Source: Octopus bimaculoides | Taxonomy: Eukaryota | Assembly: GCF_001194135.2 (NCBI RefSeq) | Contig: NC_068989.1 | Coordinates: 96,557,311-96,621,310, forward strand | DNA: 64,000 nt | Direction: 5' to 3' | Shown: piece by piece, positions 28,085 through 41,600 of the stretch | How the letters are laid out: each line of letters opens with the position of its first letter | How positions within the stretch are numbered: position 1 is the first letter of the stretch | Notes under the pieces: generated by a model | Database searches by the model: none | Told to the model about the DNA's origin: nothing | What the model saw: only the letters and a program-made list of their open reading frames with translations | Translations under genes and position numbers: made by a program

Positions 28085-28890
28085 ACAGCATTTTTTTCTC
28101 AAGACTCTCCTACTTTCATTCCTGCTGTCTTTGCACCTCCTCATTCCTTACCCTGTCCATCCGTGCCACACCAACCATAGCCCTCAAACATCCCATGTCA
28201 AACACATCTAGTCACCTCCTTTCCGTCTCTCTCAGCCCCCACGTCCCTGCACCAGATAACATTGTCAGCACAATCACACCCTCATGCACACCTCCTTTCA
28301 CTTTCATACTCAACCTTTTATCTCTCAGCATACCTTTCACAACTCCAAGTATCTTACTCCCCTCCCTCACTCTGTATCCCACCTCCTCAGCCAACCCCCC
28401 ATCCACCATCACACTTGACCCCAGATACTTAAAAACACTCACCTCCTCTAACATCCCACCATTTATACTCACATCCTTCCTACCAGCTATTCCATCTCTC
28501 GAACATCTCATCACCTTACCCTTAGCTACATTCTCTTTCAGTTTCCTCCTCTCACACACTCTTCCAAACTCCACCACCAGACTCTTCAGTTGCTCTTCCA
28601 AATCCACCACCAGTGCTGTATCATCAGCAAACAACAACTGACTCACCTAACATTTCTCTCCATTTTCTCCCACCATTTGGGCTCCCCTACCAAAGGTTCT
28701 AGCATTTACCTCTCTCACCACACACCATCTATATATCAATTAAATAGCCACAGAGACATTACGCAACCCTGTCTTAAACCCACCTTCACGTCAAACCATT
28801 CACTTACTTCACCAGCCACCCTAATGCATGCCTTACTTTCTCTATAGAACAACTGCAACACCTGCCACATTGCATCCCTATCCACTCAGT
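28085..28890 (-). mobile_element. RTE-clade LINE RT fragment
   Basis: QLLFADDTALV..FKYLGS..RNEEV motifs in ORF 28212-28646. Confidence 0.88.
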
Positions 28891-28898
28891 CATTCATA

Positions 28899-28934
<36 letters not shown>

Positions 28935-30007
28935 GTATAGTATAGTATAGTATAGTATAGTATAGTATAGTATAGTATACTTACATGTATATACTTATAT
29001 ATATTTTCATATTTGAATAACTTATCTTGAACTTGTCTGTATTATGTAAACTATTTCATACACAATTCAAATTATATTGCATTATTATGATAATATACTT
29101 TATTACATTTATATACAGTGTGAGTCATTGTAAATTTATTTCAATGAATTCTGATAACTTTTGTCTGAATGGACTTCAACTCAGATATATCTGTAAATCT
29201 AAATAAATAAAATCTCTATAAATATATTTTATGTTTGGTTTTATTTTTAGCTGATTCTCTGTAAAATAGAAGCTTTCCATTGATGGAACATTGTGTTTCA
29301 ATTACATTCATATTGCAATTGTTCTGTTGTTCTCTTTATAAGCAACTTTTAAAACTCAACATTTCAAAAAGTAGTCAATGTTCATAGTATTCTTTATGTC
29401 ACAATATTGGGTTCACCGGGTGTAGCCATGTGTGAAAGCGTCATCACTTTCTTTGTCAGAAACTTTAACAGCAGGTCATCTTAGTTCTATGACCCAATGT
29501 GTTTCCATATCAAAACCGTCTGATATTTGTCATTTGTTTATTTTTCATAAAGTTCTTCAAATCCATGTTGATGTAAGTATGCAATGACTTGAAATTTACA
29601 CAAAGAATGCAACACTTAATGAAGATTATAATAAAAACCGTTTGTCACAGATGGCATTTACTATTCTTTGAGAATAGCATCTATAACCATTGATTACACT
29701 TTTTAAGCTTCTCTGAACAATAAAATTTCCTTTGACTCTCTTAGATATAATTCTCCTCAAATAGTCTGTGGTTGTTTGTTCTTGATCTCCTTCAGTGTGG
29801 GTCCCTATTTTTTTCCTTAAATCTGCTTTGTCCAATAAATTCTAGAACTCAGTTACCTTAAAACTTCTTATTATTGAAGTGATATTTTTTCCTCTAAAAT
29901 AGCTGCCCTCACCTTTTTTACGTTCTTCTAATATTAGGCTCAGTAGCCTGCGTTAGTCTTATCAATTCTGGCATCTGATCCTACATACTTCAATAATGAT
30001 TTACCAT

Positions 30008-30228
30008 TAAGGTGGTGAGCTGGCAGAAACATTAGCACAGTGGGTGAAATGCTTAGCTATGTTTCGTCTGTCTTTACATTCTGAGTTCAAATTCTGCCGA
30101 GGTTGACTTTGCCTTTCATCCTTTCGGGATCGATAAATTAAATACTAGTTGCATACTGGGGTCGATCTAATCGACTGGCCCCCTCCCCCAAAATTTCAGG
30201 CCTTGTATCTAGAGTAGAAAAGAATAAT
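30008..30228 (+). mobile_element. SINE family A (about 220 bp), representative copy; other copies near 1360, 18830, 21830, 22061, 26465, 37140, 52400
   Basis: Repeated core TTCTGAGTTCAAATTC..GACTTTGCCTTTCATCCTTTCGGG..GATAAATTAA with a B-box-like GAGTTCAAATTC. Confidence 0.85.
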
Positions 30229-31163
30229 GATTCACCAATATTTGCAATGAATTTGCAATACATTTGAGATTCTTTTCATTTTAAAGTCATTTTTCCATGT
30301 TTACCAATCTTGTTCAGAATTTTTTGACTCATAAATATTCTTCTTTTATTCTGTTACATGCTTCAGTTATTGGACTGTGGCCATGCTGGGGCTCTGCCTT
30401 TAAAAGTTCTGTCAGTCAGATCCACTCTAGTACTTATTCTTTAAAGTCCGGCACTTATTGTATTGGTCTGTTTAGGATAAACTACTAAGCTGAGGTGATG
30501 AAAACAAACCAACACCAGCTGTCAAGTGGTAACAGACAACACATACTCTCACGCTCAAACACACACACACATTTGATAGACTACTACAGTCTCCATCTAT
30601 CAAATTCACTCACAAGGCATTATTTGACCAGGAACTACAGAAGATTCTTGCTCAAAGTTGGACTAAATTGAAAACCACATCTTCATTACTCATCCATGCC
30701 GGTACCTTACATTTGATTATGAACAAAGATGACCAATTTTTCTGCATGCCATTGCAAGCGAGTGACTTTTATTGTAACTCAAAGCTGATGAAAGCCTTGT
30801 GGGTGGATATGGTCAATGAAAACTGAAAGAGGTCTGTCATGTGTGCGTGTGTGTGTGTGTGTGTGTGTATTTGTCTCCTTGTTGTGACATTGTATGCTTC
30901 TTGTAAATGACTCTATACAAGCATTGTCCTTTGTTTTCAATCTTCCCTGAAATCGTGGCTGGCCATTAGGAGATAAATACTCTACTTGAAAGCAGGTAGA
31001 GATTGGAAACAGGAATGGCATCTGGTTTGTAGGAAATCTGCCTCGGAAAATTCCACCTGACCCATGTGAGTGTGGAAAAGTGAACATGAAAATAATAACG
31101 ATACCAGCAGCAGCACCTTTATTACTGCTGTTGCTGCTGTCACTACTACTACTACTACTACTG

Positions 31164-31206
<43 letters not shown>

Positions 31207-32601
31207 GCCAGCTGAAGCCTTGCAAGTGTATTTGTGAGAAGAGACCCATCGTGTGTGTGTGTGTGTGTGTGTGTCACTGTCTCCTTCCTTTAATATTGCA
31301 GGTTTGTTGTAAACCATCATGTAAGCAGTGTCCTTTGTTCCCAAAATCTTCCATGGAAACATGTCTGGTTATGAAGTAATATTACCTTACTTGGAAACAA
31401 GTGAGGTTTGATGACAGGAAGGCCATCCACCCGTAGAAAATCTGCCTCAACAAAGTTTCGCTTGACCAAGCATGGAAAAGTGGATGCTGAATTATGACTA
31501 TGGTGGTTATTACACGTCAACACGACAACTGTCATATTAACAAAAGTTTATTTTCGACATAATTCTTATAAAAATTATTTTCATTTTTACCAAAACTTCA
31601 CCTGTTAAGTAGTCTGGTAATAAGCCAAAGTTATTAAGTTTCAAGTGAAAAATTAATTTCTTCAATATTACACTTCTACATTTCTTGTATATAATTTCGA
31701 AATTTGTTATCAGCAAAATGCTGTTGATAAAACACTTTAGTAAAGTCATTAATCGAAAGCTCTGAACTTAGAATGTGATAAAGTGGAAGGAAGAAGCTAC
31801 TTTTTGCAGTTTTTAATTATTATTTTTTTGTACACAAATATAATGTTTAGAATATGAAACTAGATGTGGTGTTGACTTAAAATCAATATAGATGTTACTG
31901 CAAACTGTTATCTTTTAAGATTTAAATTTGTACATTTATATGATAACAGATATCATCATCATAATCATCGTCATCATAATCATCGTTTTCATAACCATGT
32001 TACATCCAAGCATGGCTGGACAGTTTGACAGGATGTGGTGAGCCACAGGGTTGTGTTGAAGTCCAGCCTCAACTTTGGCAAGGTTTCTATGACTGGATGC
32101 ACTTCTAATGCTTTACAGTGTATAATGCTATTTTTTATGTGTCACGATTGCTTGTGAGGAAAAGAACAGGAAAAAAAAACTACTCTCGACTAAGTTGGGT
32201 GAAGTATTTGAGAGGAAATGGTGGCTTTATGCTGGGTGTTGAGAGTCTAAAGTATGATAAAGGGTATCCTATGACAGGGGTACTCTCTATCATACAGATA
32301 TGTTGCTATCAGAAAGATCCCTGGCTGTGCTGCCTTGCATAAGGGTGGACAGTATTAACTGAGAAGAAGATAAAGATGGTAATGATGGGATGCTAGTGCA
32401 AACTCTCAAGACATAAGAAGATGAATATAAGAGAGGATGGAGATAGTAGAGGAGGTGGATAAAGGAAAGGGGGGGGGTAGTTTCATAAGAGCATGAGGAG
32501 AGAGTAACAGATGGTTATAGATGGGAGCAGAGGTGGATGTAGTGAGTGATATATGTATTAATATGTAAGTGTATATGTTTCTCTGTGTGTGTGTGTGTGT
32601 T

Positions 32602-32659
<58 letters not shown>

Positions 32660-32666
<7 letters not shown>

Positions 32667-33360
32667 TCATCATTATTATCGTTTAATGTCCATTTTCCAT
32701 GCTAGCATGGGTTGGATGGTTTGACTGAGGGCTGGCGAGCCAGAAGGTTGCACCAGGCTCCAATCTGATCTGGCAGAGTTTCTACAGCTGGATGCCCTTC
32801 CTAACGCCAACCACTCTGAGAGTGTAGTGGGTGCTTTTACGTGCCACCAGCACAAGGGCCAGTCAGGCAGTACTGGCATTGGCCACGCTCAAATGGAGCT
32901 AGTTCAGTGGCACTGGCAACAACCATGCTCGAATGGTGCTTTTAACGTTCTACTGGCACGGCTGCCAATCAGGTGGTACTGTCATTGGCCATGACAGCGA
33001 TTTCACTTACCTCAGCAGGTTTGGAAGCATAGTTTATTGTCTAATGATTGAAGGGTACTCTTAAATGGGCTGGTTATACACCACTGGCATAGGCCACGGG
33101 TTATGGTCTCACTTGGCTTGCCAGGTCTTCTGAAGCACAGCTTATCTCCAAAGGTCTCGGTCACTTGCCATTGCCTTGGTGAAACCCAATGTTTGAAGGT
33201 TGTACTTCGCCACCTCATCCCAGGTCTTCCTGGGTCTACCTCTTCTGCAGGTTCTCTCAACTGCTAAGATGTGACACTTTTTCATACAGTTGTCCTCATC
33301 CATTTGCAACACATGATCAGACCAGCACAGTTGTCTCTCTTGCACACACACACACACACG
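32660..33360 (-). mobile_element. RTE-type LINE 3' end
   Basis: GRPRKTWDEVAK..ASDRDLWR plus the shared 3' UTR and tail. Confidence 0.85.
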
Positions 33361-34502
33361 TATATGTATGTGTATATATAATTTAAATTCACAGTATTTA
33401 AATATGAGCTACCAGTGGTTTCATGCTGTGGAAGCACTATAATATATATCATGTCTTGTGCTTCATGCCTGAAGGAGTGCATGGAGACACAAGGCACAAA
33501 ATCTGCTGAATTATTGTTTCCACTACCTTATTCTATTTGGGAACATTTTGCTGTGAATTTCTGCTGTCACCACTGTTCATGTGATCTCTTTGTAATTTCT
33601 CAAAGACGCTAAGTTATCTTTCTTTGTGAGATTCTTCCATGTCTGCACATTGTTGTCATGTCTCCTTTGTATGTTTTAATGTAAGTCTCCAGATGTTGCT
33701 CATTTAAATGACCAGTTTGGCAAACTTCTCCTGGAATCTCAAGCTGTGAAGTTTTGCTGTTCTTAAGCGTTATACATATATTAATGTACACTTAAACATA
33801 TATAAATATATGCATATGTACACACATATACACAAACACACACCCACACACACATAGATATTAAAAGTGATATCTTTGATGTTAAGCACTTGATTGTGAC
33901 ATTGGTATCATACTTACAATCCTAAAATTAATTAGTCTTACCAAGGCAATAATTAAGTTTTAACTCATCACCATATCATGATTCCTATCGCTACACCTTA
34001 ACCTAAGCCAGAGTTAATTCGGAGCTTAACTGTTATTAGATTACTTTGAAATTTTTCATTATAGTGAATAGTTCTTTCCTTAGATAAAATCAAAACTGTT
34101 GCTCCATTTAATAAAGACTGTTATTCAAATCACCTGGATTTGGTTTCCTGCAGTTTCTATTCATTGCTTCTTTCTCAATTCAAATAAGCTGGATTGCCAT
34201 TCAACTTTGAAGGCATAATCTTATAGAGGATATAGACTAAACTACTGGATAATCCTTTGTGCTGCTGCTGAAGAAGAATCTGTCATAGATAGAGCACAAG
34301 GTCAATCAGTACAGTTCACTACTGTTTCATGCATGGCTGTTATAAAAGAACTGTCATATTGCAATTTATATAAAGTTTAAATCTAGATTAATAACGAAAA
34401 TGAATTTACTTCAGAACATAAGCATTTACTAAGTTGTTTTGGAATGTAGTCACCTATAAATTTCACAAATGCTGCTTAGTATCATATAAACATAGTTCAT
34501 AT

Positions 34503-34547
<45 letters not shown>

Positions 34548-34589
34548 GTATGTATGTAAATATGCATGCGCGCGCACACACACATATTT

Positions 34590-35192
34590 AAGGGGGAATG
34601 GATGTGCTCAGTGCACAAGTTTACCATTCGGGTTGCAGTTCTTATAAGTAATCTCATTGAGCTCTTTGTTGCATGATCCCAAAGAATTCAATGCCATACG
34701 AGAACGGCTATAATATAATGTAAAGAGCACAACAATAATGAGAGAGAAACCATAGGCATGGACTTGTTATTCCTTTATTACATATGTTTCAGTATTTGGT
34801 AATAAATAATACCACATTGTGAATGCAATCCATAGATACAACTTATACATACAGCATACATGAAATCTGGACACCTCCATGGACAGAGAAGAAATACAGA
34901 GCACAAACATGCAGTTATCTTATATAAATAGCTGGGAGAGATACAAAACCAGTGGGAAGTGGAGTGAAGAGAGGTAGGTGGGGACTAGATTTAGGCCCTC
35001 CCTAACCAGAAATATATAGAGGTGGAGAAAGCAATTAGGGAATAGCTACCAGATAGAATGTGAAGTTATTTTGACCTTAGGAAAAGAAAGTTAACCAAAC
35101 AAATGGAACTATTTAGATAAGCCAGTAGAGCGGTCTAGTGGGAGGGATTATAGAGCCCCAAAGGGTTGCTGGCATGCCTTGTGATAGGTGAA

Positions 35193-35242
<50 letters not shown>

Positions 35243-36010
35243 TAGATAGATATGCACACATGCATATACATTTGTATATATATGGCGGGTTAGTTTACAG
35301 GTGATCTAAGTGACTAGGTATGCTAGGTAAATGCTGTAATGGATTACTAGGGCTCCAAGTTTATAGCCGAGATTGTAGATTTCTGATATAGCAGATCTAT
35401 AATTGTTAAAGTGGACAACAAACGTTAAGGCAAGACAAACATCTCAAGTCGTATACATTATTATTATTATTGGAAAGAACACCTCTCTGAAATTAACCCT
35501 AGGCAAGCGTACACACATATTGGATATCCAAACCTTCCCACTGGGGTTAGAAAATCTCACCCACCTCGCAACCACACGCATAAAACTCAATCTAAGAACA
35601 CTAATACTAAACCTTCCGACACTCCTCTATCATTCACTTAGTATTACACCTCCCCAAACTTGCCTAATAAAAGCGGCGGGAGATCTATTCTCTTGTATAC
35701 ACCTCTATTCGCTTTAAACTTTAAGGGCCACGCTAAAGCATTCTTTAAAATAGTAGATTCTAATTTCCCACAGAACCACAAGTGTCATTTCGTCTTTAAC
35801 TGATCCACTTTCAAATTATCCTATTCCTCTACACCAAATATAGAATCTATTATCATCTCATCTAACAAACGTAAACTTAGCCATTACTATCTAAATGCAT
35901 AGAACCCTACCATAGAAAACACTAACACCGATCGTAATAATATATCCAATACCTCTGGCCCAACCTCTTTAAACAACTTCAACATGCATAATATTGTCCC
36001 CCACCTCGGA
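34590..36010 (+). mobile_element. Third Penelope-like fragment (linker region) with an upstream inverted pLTR-like segment
   Basis: About 35680-35900 reads KSGGRSILLYTPLFALNFKGHAKAFFKIVDSNFPQNHKCHFVFN*STFKLSYSSTPNIESII, matching the linker of the 58337 ORF; minus strand at 34779-34790 has GAAAC-ATAT-GTA next to AATAAA. Confidence 0.65.
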
Positions 36011-36830
36011 GGGTAAATGGGTGCACAGTCATCGAATTTAGTTCAATTTCGATTTCACTTGCCTCAACAGGTCTTCGCAAGCAGAGTTTAGTGTCCAATG
36101 AAGGAAGGTACATATAAGTGGGTTGGTTACATTCCTGGCATAGGCCTTGGATTTAGGCTTGCCGGGTCTTCTCACGCACAGCATATTTCCAGAGGTCTCG
36201 GTCAGAAGTCATCGCCTCGGTGAGGCCCAGTGTTCGAAGGTCGTGCCTCACCACCTCATCCCAGGTCTTCCTGGGCCTACCTCTTCCACAGGTTCCCTCA
36301 ACTGCTAGGGTATGGCACTTTTTCACACAGCTATCCTCATCCATTCTCGCTACATGACCATACCAGCACAATCATCTCTCTTGCACACCACAATTGATGC
36401 ATCTTAGGTTCAACTTTTCTCTCAAGGTACTTACACTCTGTCAAGTATGCACACTGAGATTACACATCCATTAGAGCATACTGGCTTCATTCCTTGCGAG
36501 CCTATACATGTCCTCAGCAGTCACGGCCCATGTTTCACTGCCATGAAGCATGGCTGTTCAAGGAATTGTTGAGAGGAATTCTTTGGGGTTTGAATAATTC
36601 ACCTTTGGAAACATGTGTGTTTTGTTCATCATCCTTAAACGAACCTTATTCAGGTACCTTTTGAGTGAAATGGGCTACTCAACCTGAAGAAAATCCTAAT
36701 TGGGCCCCACCTGCAAGGTCATGTGCTGTTAATCTTCATATGAGATCACCATGTTGCGCACATATGGTTGTGATGCATGTGCCTGGTGTACCCTTATCAG
36801 ACGGGTAGTCATGATGGGTATACTGGGCTT
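36010..36830 (-). mobile_element. RTE-type LINE 3' ORF fragment
   Basis: WYGHVARMDEDSCVKKC..GRGRPRKTWDEVVRHDLRTLGLTEAMTSDRDLW. Confidence 0.88.
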
Positions 36831-36881
36831 CGTATTTTTATACCCCTGTATCATTTGGTTGCATATATTGCTCTCTCACTC

Positions 36882-36913
<32 letters not shown>

Positions 36914-38189
36914 TAGTAATGATAATAATAATAACAATTAATTCGTTTTATTGGTCACAAGGGCTAATATCAATTAAAAACATGTAAGGACAAAGACAGG
37001 ACGAAGGTTACAAAAGGTTTTGTCCGAAAAGGTAGGAACGTTCGTCTAAACAGGGGAAGAAAATGGAGAAAGATATAACAAATAAATAGATAAATAAATA
37101 GAACTCCCAAAGGGGGAGGCGCTTCGATAATAATAATAATGCCTTCTGCTATAGGCAGAAGGCCTGAAATTCTTAGTTGATTACATTGACCCCTGTGCTG
37201 AGCTGCTGCTTATTTATCAACCTGAAAAGTATAAAAGGCAATAAATGTGTCATAGTTGCGTAATTTGTAGTAAGAAGAGTAATGGGTATGTGGGTGAGAA
37301 GTAAGAGGGAAAGGTATGGATCAGCATGAGACAAGGTGGTGGGGGTGGGGGTGGAGCCTTGGGATATGAAGTTGCCTTGAATAGGTGTTAAGTATGCATT
37401 TCAAATGATGTCCAGAATTAATTTCTAGTTGCACTTAGTAAGTAGAAGTGGGCGGTTAGGGTTGATCTTGAAGGGTTTTATCCGTAAAAAACACACCCCA
37501 GGTCCTGTTTTTTTTAAACCTGGTACTTATTCCATCGATCTCTTTTGCTGAACTGTTAAATTACATAAACACCAGTTGTCAAGTGGGGGACAAACACAGA
37601 CACCCGTAGATATAATGTCCGTCTTCCATGCTGGCATGGGTGGGATAGTTTGACCAAAAACTAGTAAGCTGAGGAGCAGATTGGAACCAGGTGCAGCTCC
37701 CCAGATGATGATGATATACATATATATATGACAAGCTTCTTTCCACTTCCATAAACCAAATCCGCTCACAAGGCTTTGGTTGATCCAGATGTAGTCCTTT
37801 TTACTATCTCTAAGTAGTATCATGGCCAGACACATTAATTATGTAAAAGAACTGCCATTAGACAACCTACTCCTACAGACTCCTAAAAAGACAGTAGGGT
37901 CATAACTGGAATACCTTGGGTCATAGGTTTACGGGATCAAGATCGACCAGCATTTAAATAAAAATAACAACAACAAAAACAATACATCTTTTATGGGTTT
38001 AGCCAAGAATTTTATCCATTTCGTCTCATCCGTAAGTGAAGAGGCTTGATCACTGTCTTGGAGAATATTTGTGATCATGGGAAGTCAAATAAATAATTTG
38101 ATTGGCTAACAAGAAGTAGACTGTATAGACAATGTATATATATGTACATATGTGTGTGTATGAAACTATGTATATATATATATATAGTA

Positions 38190-41030
38190 ATAATGATAAT
38201 AATCCATGGATGAAATCTCGCAAGGAATGAAGCCAGTATGCTCCGTTGGATGTGTAATGTCAATGTGAATACCCGTCAGAGTGTAAGTATCTTGAGAGAA
38301 AAGCTGAACATTAGAAGCATCAGTTGTGGCGTGCAAGAGAGACGATTGCGCTGGTATGGACATGTGGTGAGAATGGAGGAGGATAGCTGCGTGAAAAAGT
38401 GCCACACCCTAACAGTTGAGGGAACCCGTGGAAGAGGTAGGCCCAGGAAGACCTGGGCTGAGGTGGTGAGGCANNNNNNNNNNNNNNNNNNNNNNNNNNN
38501 NNNNNNNNNNNNNNNNNNNNNNNNNNNNNNNNNNNNNNNNNNNNNNNNNNNNNNNNNNNNNNNNNNNNNNNNNNNNNNNNNNNNNNNNNNNNNNNNNNNN
38601 NNNNNNNNNNNNNNNNNNNNNNNNNNNNNNNNNNNNNNNNNNNNNNNNNNNNNNNNNNNNNNNNNNNNNNNNNNNNNNNNNNNNNNNNNNNNNNNNGGCA
38701 CATAAAAGACACCATTTCGAGCGTGGCCGTTTTCGTGCGGGTGACACGTAAAAGCACCCACTACACTCTCTGAGTGGTTGGCGTTAGGAAGGGCATCCAG
38801 CTGTAGAAACTCTGCCAAATCAGACTGGAGCCTGGTGTTGCCATCCGGTTTCACCAGTCCTCAGTCAAATCGTCCAACCCATGCTAGCATGGAAAGCGGA
38901 CGTTAAACGATGATGATGATGATGATGATGATCTCAATGCATTGCTCTGCACATTTCCACGAATCACATCGTCCATATTCCTGGGATGATCTCAGTACCA
39001 TCTGTTGTATCCATGGACATCAGGTGGGTCATAGTTCATGCATTCATTTCATCAGGTGATTTGGCATTAAAGTTGGAAGCAACGAATGTATAACTGAAAG
39101 AGATTTATCAATTGTCACCAATGAAAACCTTCAATGGGGTATGTGGGTAGTTCTGTGGGTTGAGAAGAATAGAAGGTGATGAAAAGAGAGAGAGAGAGAG
39201 AGGAATGATAATAATGAAAGAGAGAGAGAGAGAGAGGGGGGAGTGTGTAGTGAGGCTAGACTGGTTTCGAGATTTGTGTGTGTGTGGATGTTGGGATGAG
39301 TAGTAAAATTCATTAGTTTGACCTTACTCACAAACGGCCCTCCCTCAAATGAATTCAGATTTTGGAGGGTCAGGAAGTGACTTATTTTGGTGTAAAAGTT
39401 CATTGTCTGAGTTGCCAAATAATGTTCCTTTAAAGGGTCCTTATAATTACTTCTGGTGATACAGTGACATAGAATAGGAACATAATGTGTTTTGTTTTGT
39501 TTTGTTCAGTTCCTTAATCTGTTTTCTTTTTTCCGTTAGATGCTAGTAATGGTTAGGGTTTCATAATGCTCCTCTTTGAATTCTAGGATGGATGCCTTGA
39601 CCTTAGGCCTGCTTGATATAATTACTTCAGAATGTCTATTAATTATGTCTTCCCCGGATCTGATGATCTCCAGGATTTCCTCTCGGTAGAAGTTACACAG
39701 TTGCAGTGTTCCATGGTATGGTCTAGAATTTTTTTTCTATTGTAGACCCCGTGGATTGTATGCTCCACTCCATTCCATTTGAGCCTCTGAATGAGATTAC
39801 ATCATGATGTACGGTGCCATTTGTTTTTATTCGAAAATGACGTAAGATGATTGAGCAAATGATATTTCATGGTGTCTCCAGTTCCACCAATCTACACATT
39901 TGTGAACCATGTTCTTTACCAAGCAGTTGTTATTAAACTTGCATTCATTTTCCGTCTGCAGTTACCTCTTATATTCTCTTTTCTTGTTCTGTAAGCAGAG
40001 TTATTTATTAGTGTTCACATTCTTTCTTCCTCCTACAACAGTGTTCTTATTTTCCTTAAGTATGGATTGCACTTCCAATGGTATTTGGATGCTGTTTGGA
40101 CCTGCTCTTGTCATGGAGAAGCTTTCACCATTCATATTTGCAACTGGTCCATCGTTGTTTATCGTGTTTTGATCTGCAGTTTTTCCATAAGCTCCTGTTA
40201 GTTTTACTGAGTTTTATGTTATTTAATTTGTCTGTAGTATTCTAGACCGTGTGATGTCACATATGCTAATTTCACATCATGTCTGTTGATGATTTTGTGA
40301 TCTGTGCTACATTTAGGGAATTACCTGTCTAATGCTGAAAAGAATTCCTCACCTATTTTGGATTTTATTTGTGAATTGAAAATTGGGTTCAACCAAATAA
40401 TTTCGTCACTCATTATTTTACCATTTCTTTTAATGCATCTCTTGGGTTTGTTAGTGTATTTCCTTTTATCTGTTTCTTCTATATGTTTCCTATTTCTATC
40501 TACATCTGACAGTCCCTTCACTTCTACACTTTCCTGCTGCTTCCTAGATTTTGTTTGATATCCACCCTTCTTAGTGTTGTGATTGTGTTTTTCCATTTTG
40601 GTCCCTATTACATTCACTGTTTTTGCAGGGTCTGGTACTCGGTGGCTATTTACAAGATTACTTCTAATATTAGTAACACTGTCTGGACATTGAACCTTAC
40701 CTATCCTATTCTATGCTATTCTATACTTATATCCTGTCCTAGCTAGTGCTGAGTTGTAATATTGAACATGTATGTTGAATATCTGTTCATCTGCGGATAG
40801 TCTGGATATTGATATCTTTCAGTTATACATTTGTTGCTTCCAACTTTAATGCCAAATCACCTGATAAAATGAATGCATAAACTATGATGCACCCAATGTC
40901 CAAGGCTAATAAAGATTCTACTGTAATCATCCCAGAAATATAGACTATGATAGTAAGAAACATGTCATTTATGGAAATGTGCATAGCAATGCATTAAAAT
41001 AATTATAAATTCCATCGATGGATTATTATT
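38190..41030 (-). mobile_element. Second Penelope-like element, 5'-truncated, with inverted terminal repeat; 3' repeat split by an RTE insertion
   Basis: Minus-strand remnants ISISRLSADEQIFN, IIWLNPIFNSQIKSKIGEEFF, IGGTGDT..NHLTSF, RPYHGTLQLCNF..IINRHSEVI; 38931-39101 (+38190-38219) is the reverse complement of 40815-41030. Confidence 0.8.
38220..38930 (+). mobile_element. Young-looking RTE-type LINE 3' end with (GAT)n tail, inserted in the PLE terminal repeat
   Basis: RRLRWYGHVVRMEEDSCVKKC..GRPRKTW; 3' UTR GGAAGGGCATCCAGCTGTAGAAAC; ATCTC on both sides (38215-19, 38931-35); N gap inside. Confidence 0.88.
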
Positions 41031-41034
41031 TTTA

Positions 41035-41039
<5 letters not shown>

Positions 41040-41101
<62 letters not shown>

Positions 41102-41300
41102 ATTTAATCTACAATATATCGACACAGCTTGGTACAACTCCATAAGACTGCTATTGCAAGTTGGTATCACTAGGCTGTAGCCTGGTCAATAAAATAGGAG
41201 TTTTTATATACATACTCAAAAATGTTTCCCCTGTACATGAGCTTAAAGGATATATATATGCATGTGTGTGTATATATATAGATATACATATATTTCACAC

Positions 41301-41333
<33 letters not shown>

Positions 41334-41372
41334 CACACACACACACACACATATATATATATNNNNNNNNNN

Positions 41373-41421
<49 letters not shown>

Positions 41422-41505
41422 TAGATATATACACTTATATAGATATATACATATATATTTATACATATATATATGTGCATATATGTGTGTGCATACACAT
41501 GTATG

Positions 41506-41555
<50 letters not shown>

Positions 41556-41556
41556 G

Positions 41557-41591
<35 letters not shown>

Positions 41592-41600
41592 CACACACAT
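41040..41600. repeat. Compound microsatellite field (TAT)n,(AG)n,(AC)n,(AT)n; similar tracts at 1548-1670, 4430-4525, 11430-11940, 12940-13040, 20878-20940, 28910-28980 (TATAG)n, 31130-31270, 32600-32670
   Basis: Direct inspection; these produce most of the low-complexity ORFs in the track. Confidence 0.95.

Noticed and set aside
28012-28847. Plus-strand 209-aa and 85-aa ORFs
   Set aside because: Antisense shadows of the RTE RT fragment.
38276-38854. Long ORFs running through X stretches (also 44780-45160, 50658-51189, 53047-53631)
   Set aside because: Artefacts of N gaps lacking stop codons.
40855-40975. CTGATAA...GAAACATGTC as a functional hammerhead
   Set aside because: The core is mutated, no helix I is adjacent to the core, and the sister copy lacks the GAAAC segment.
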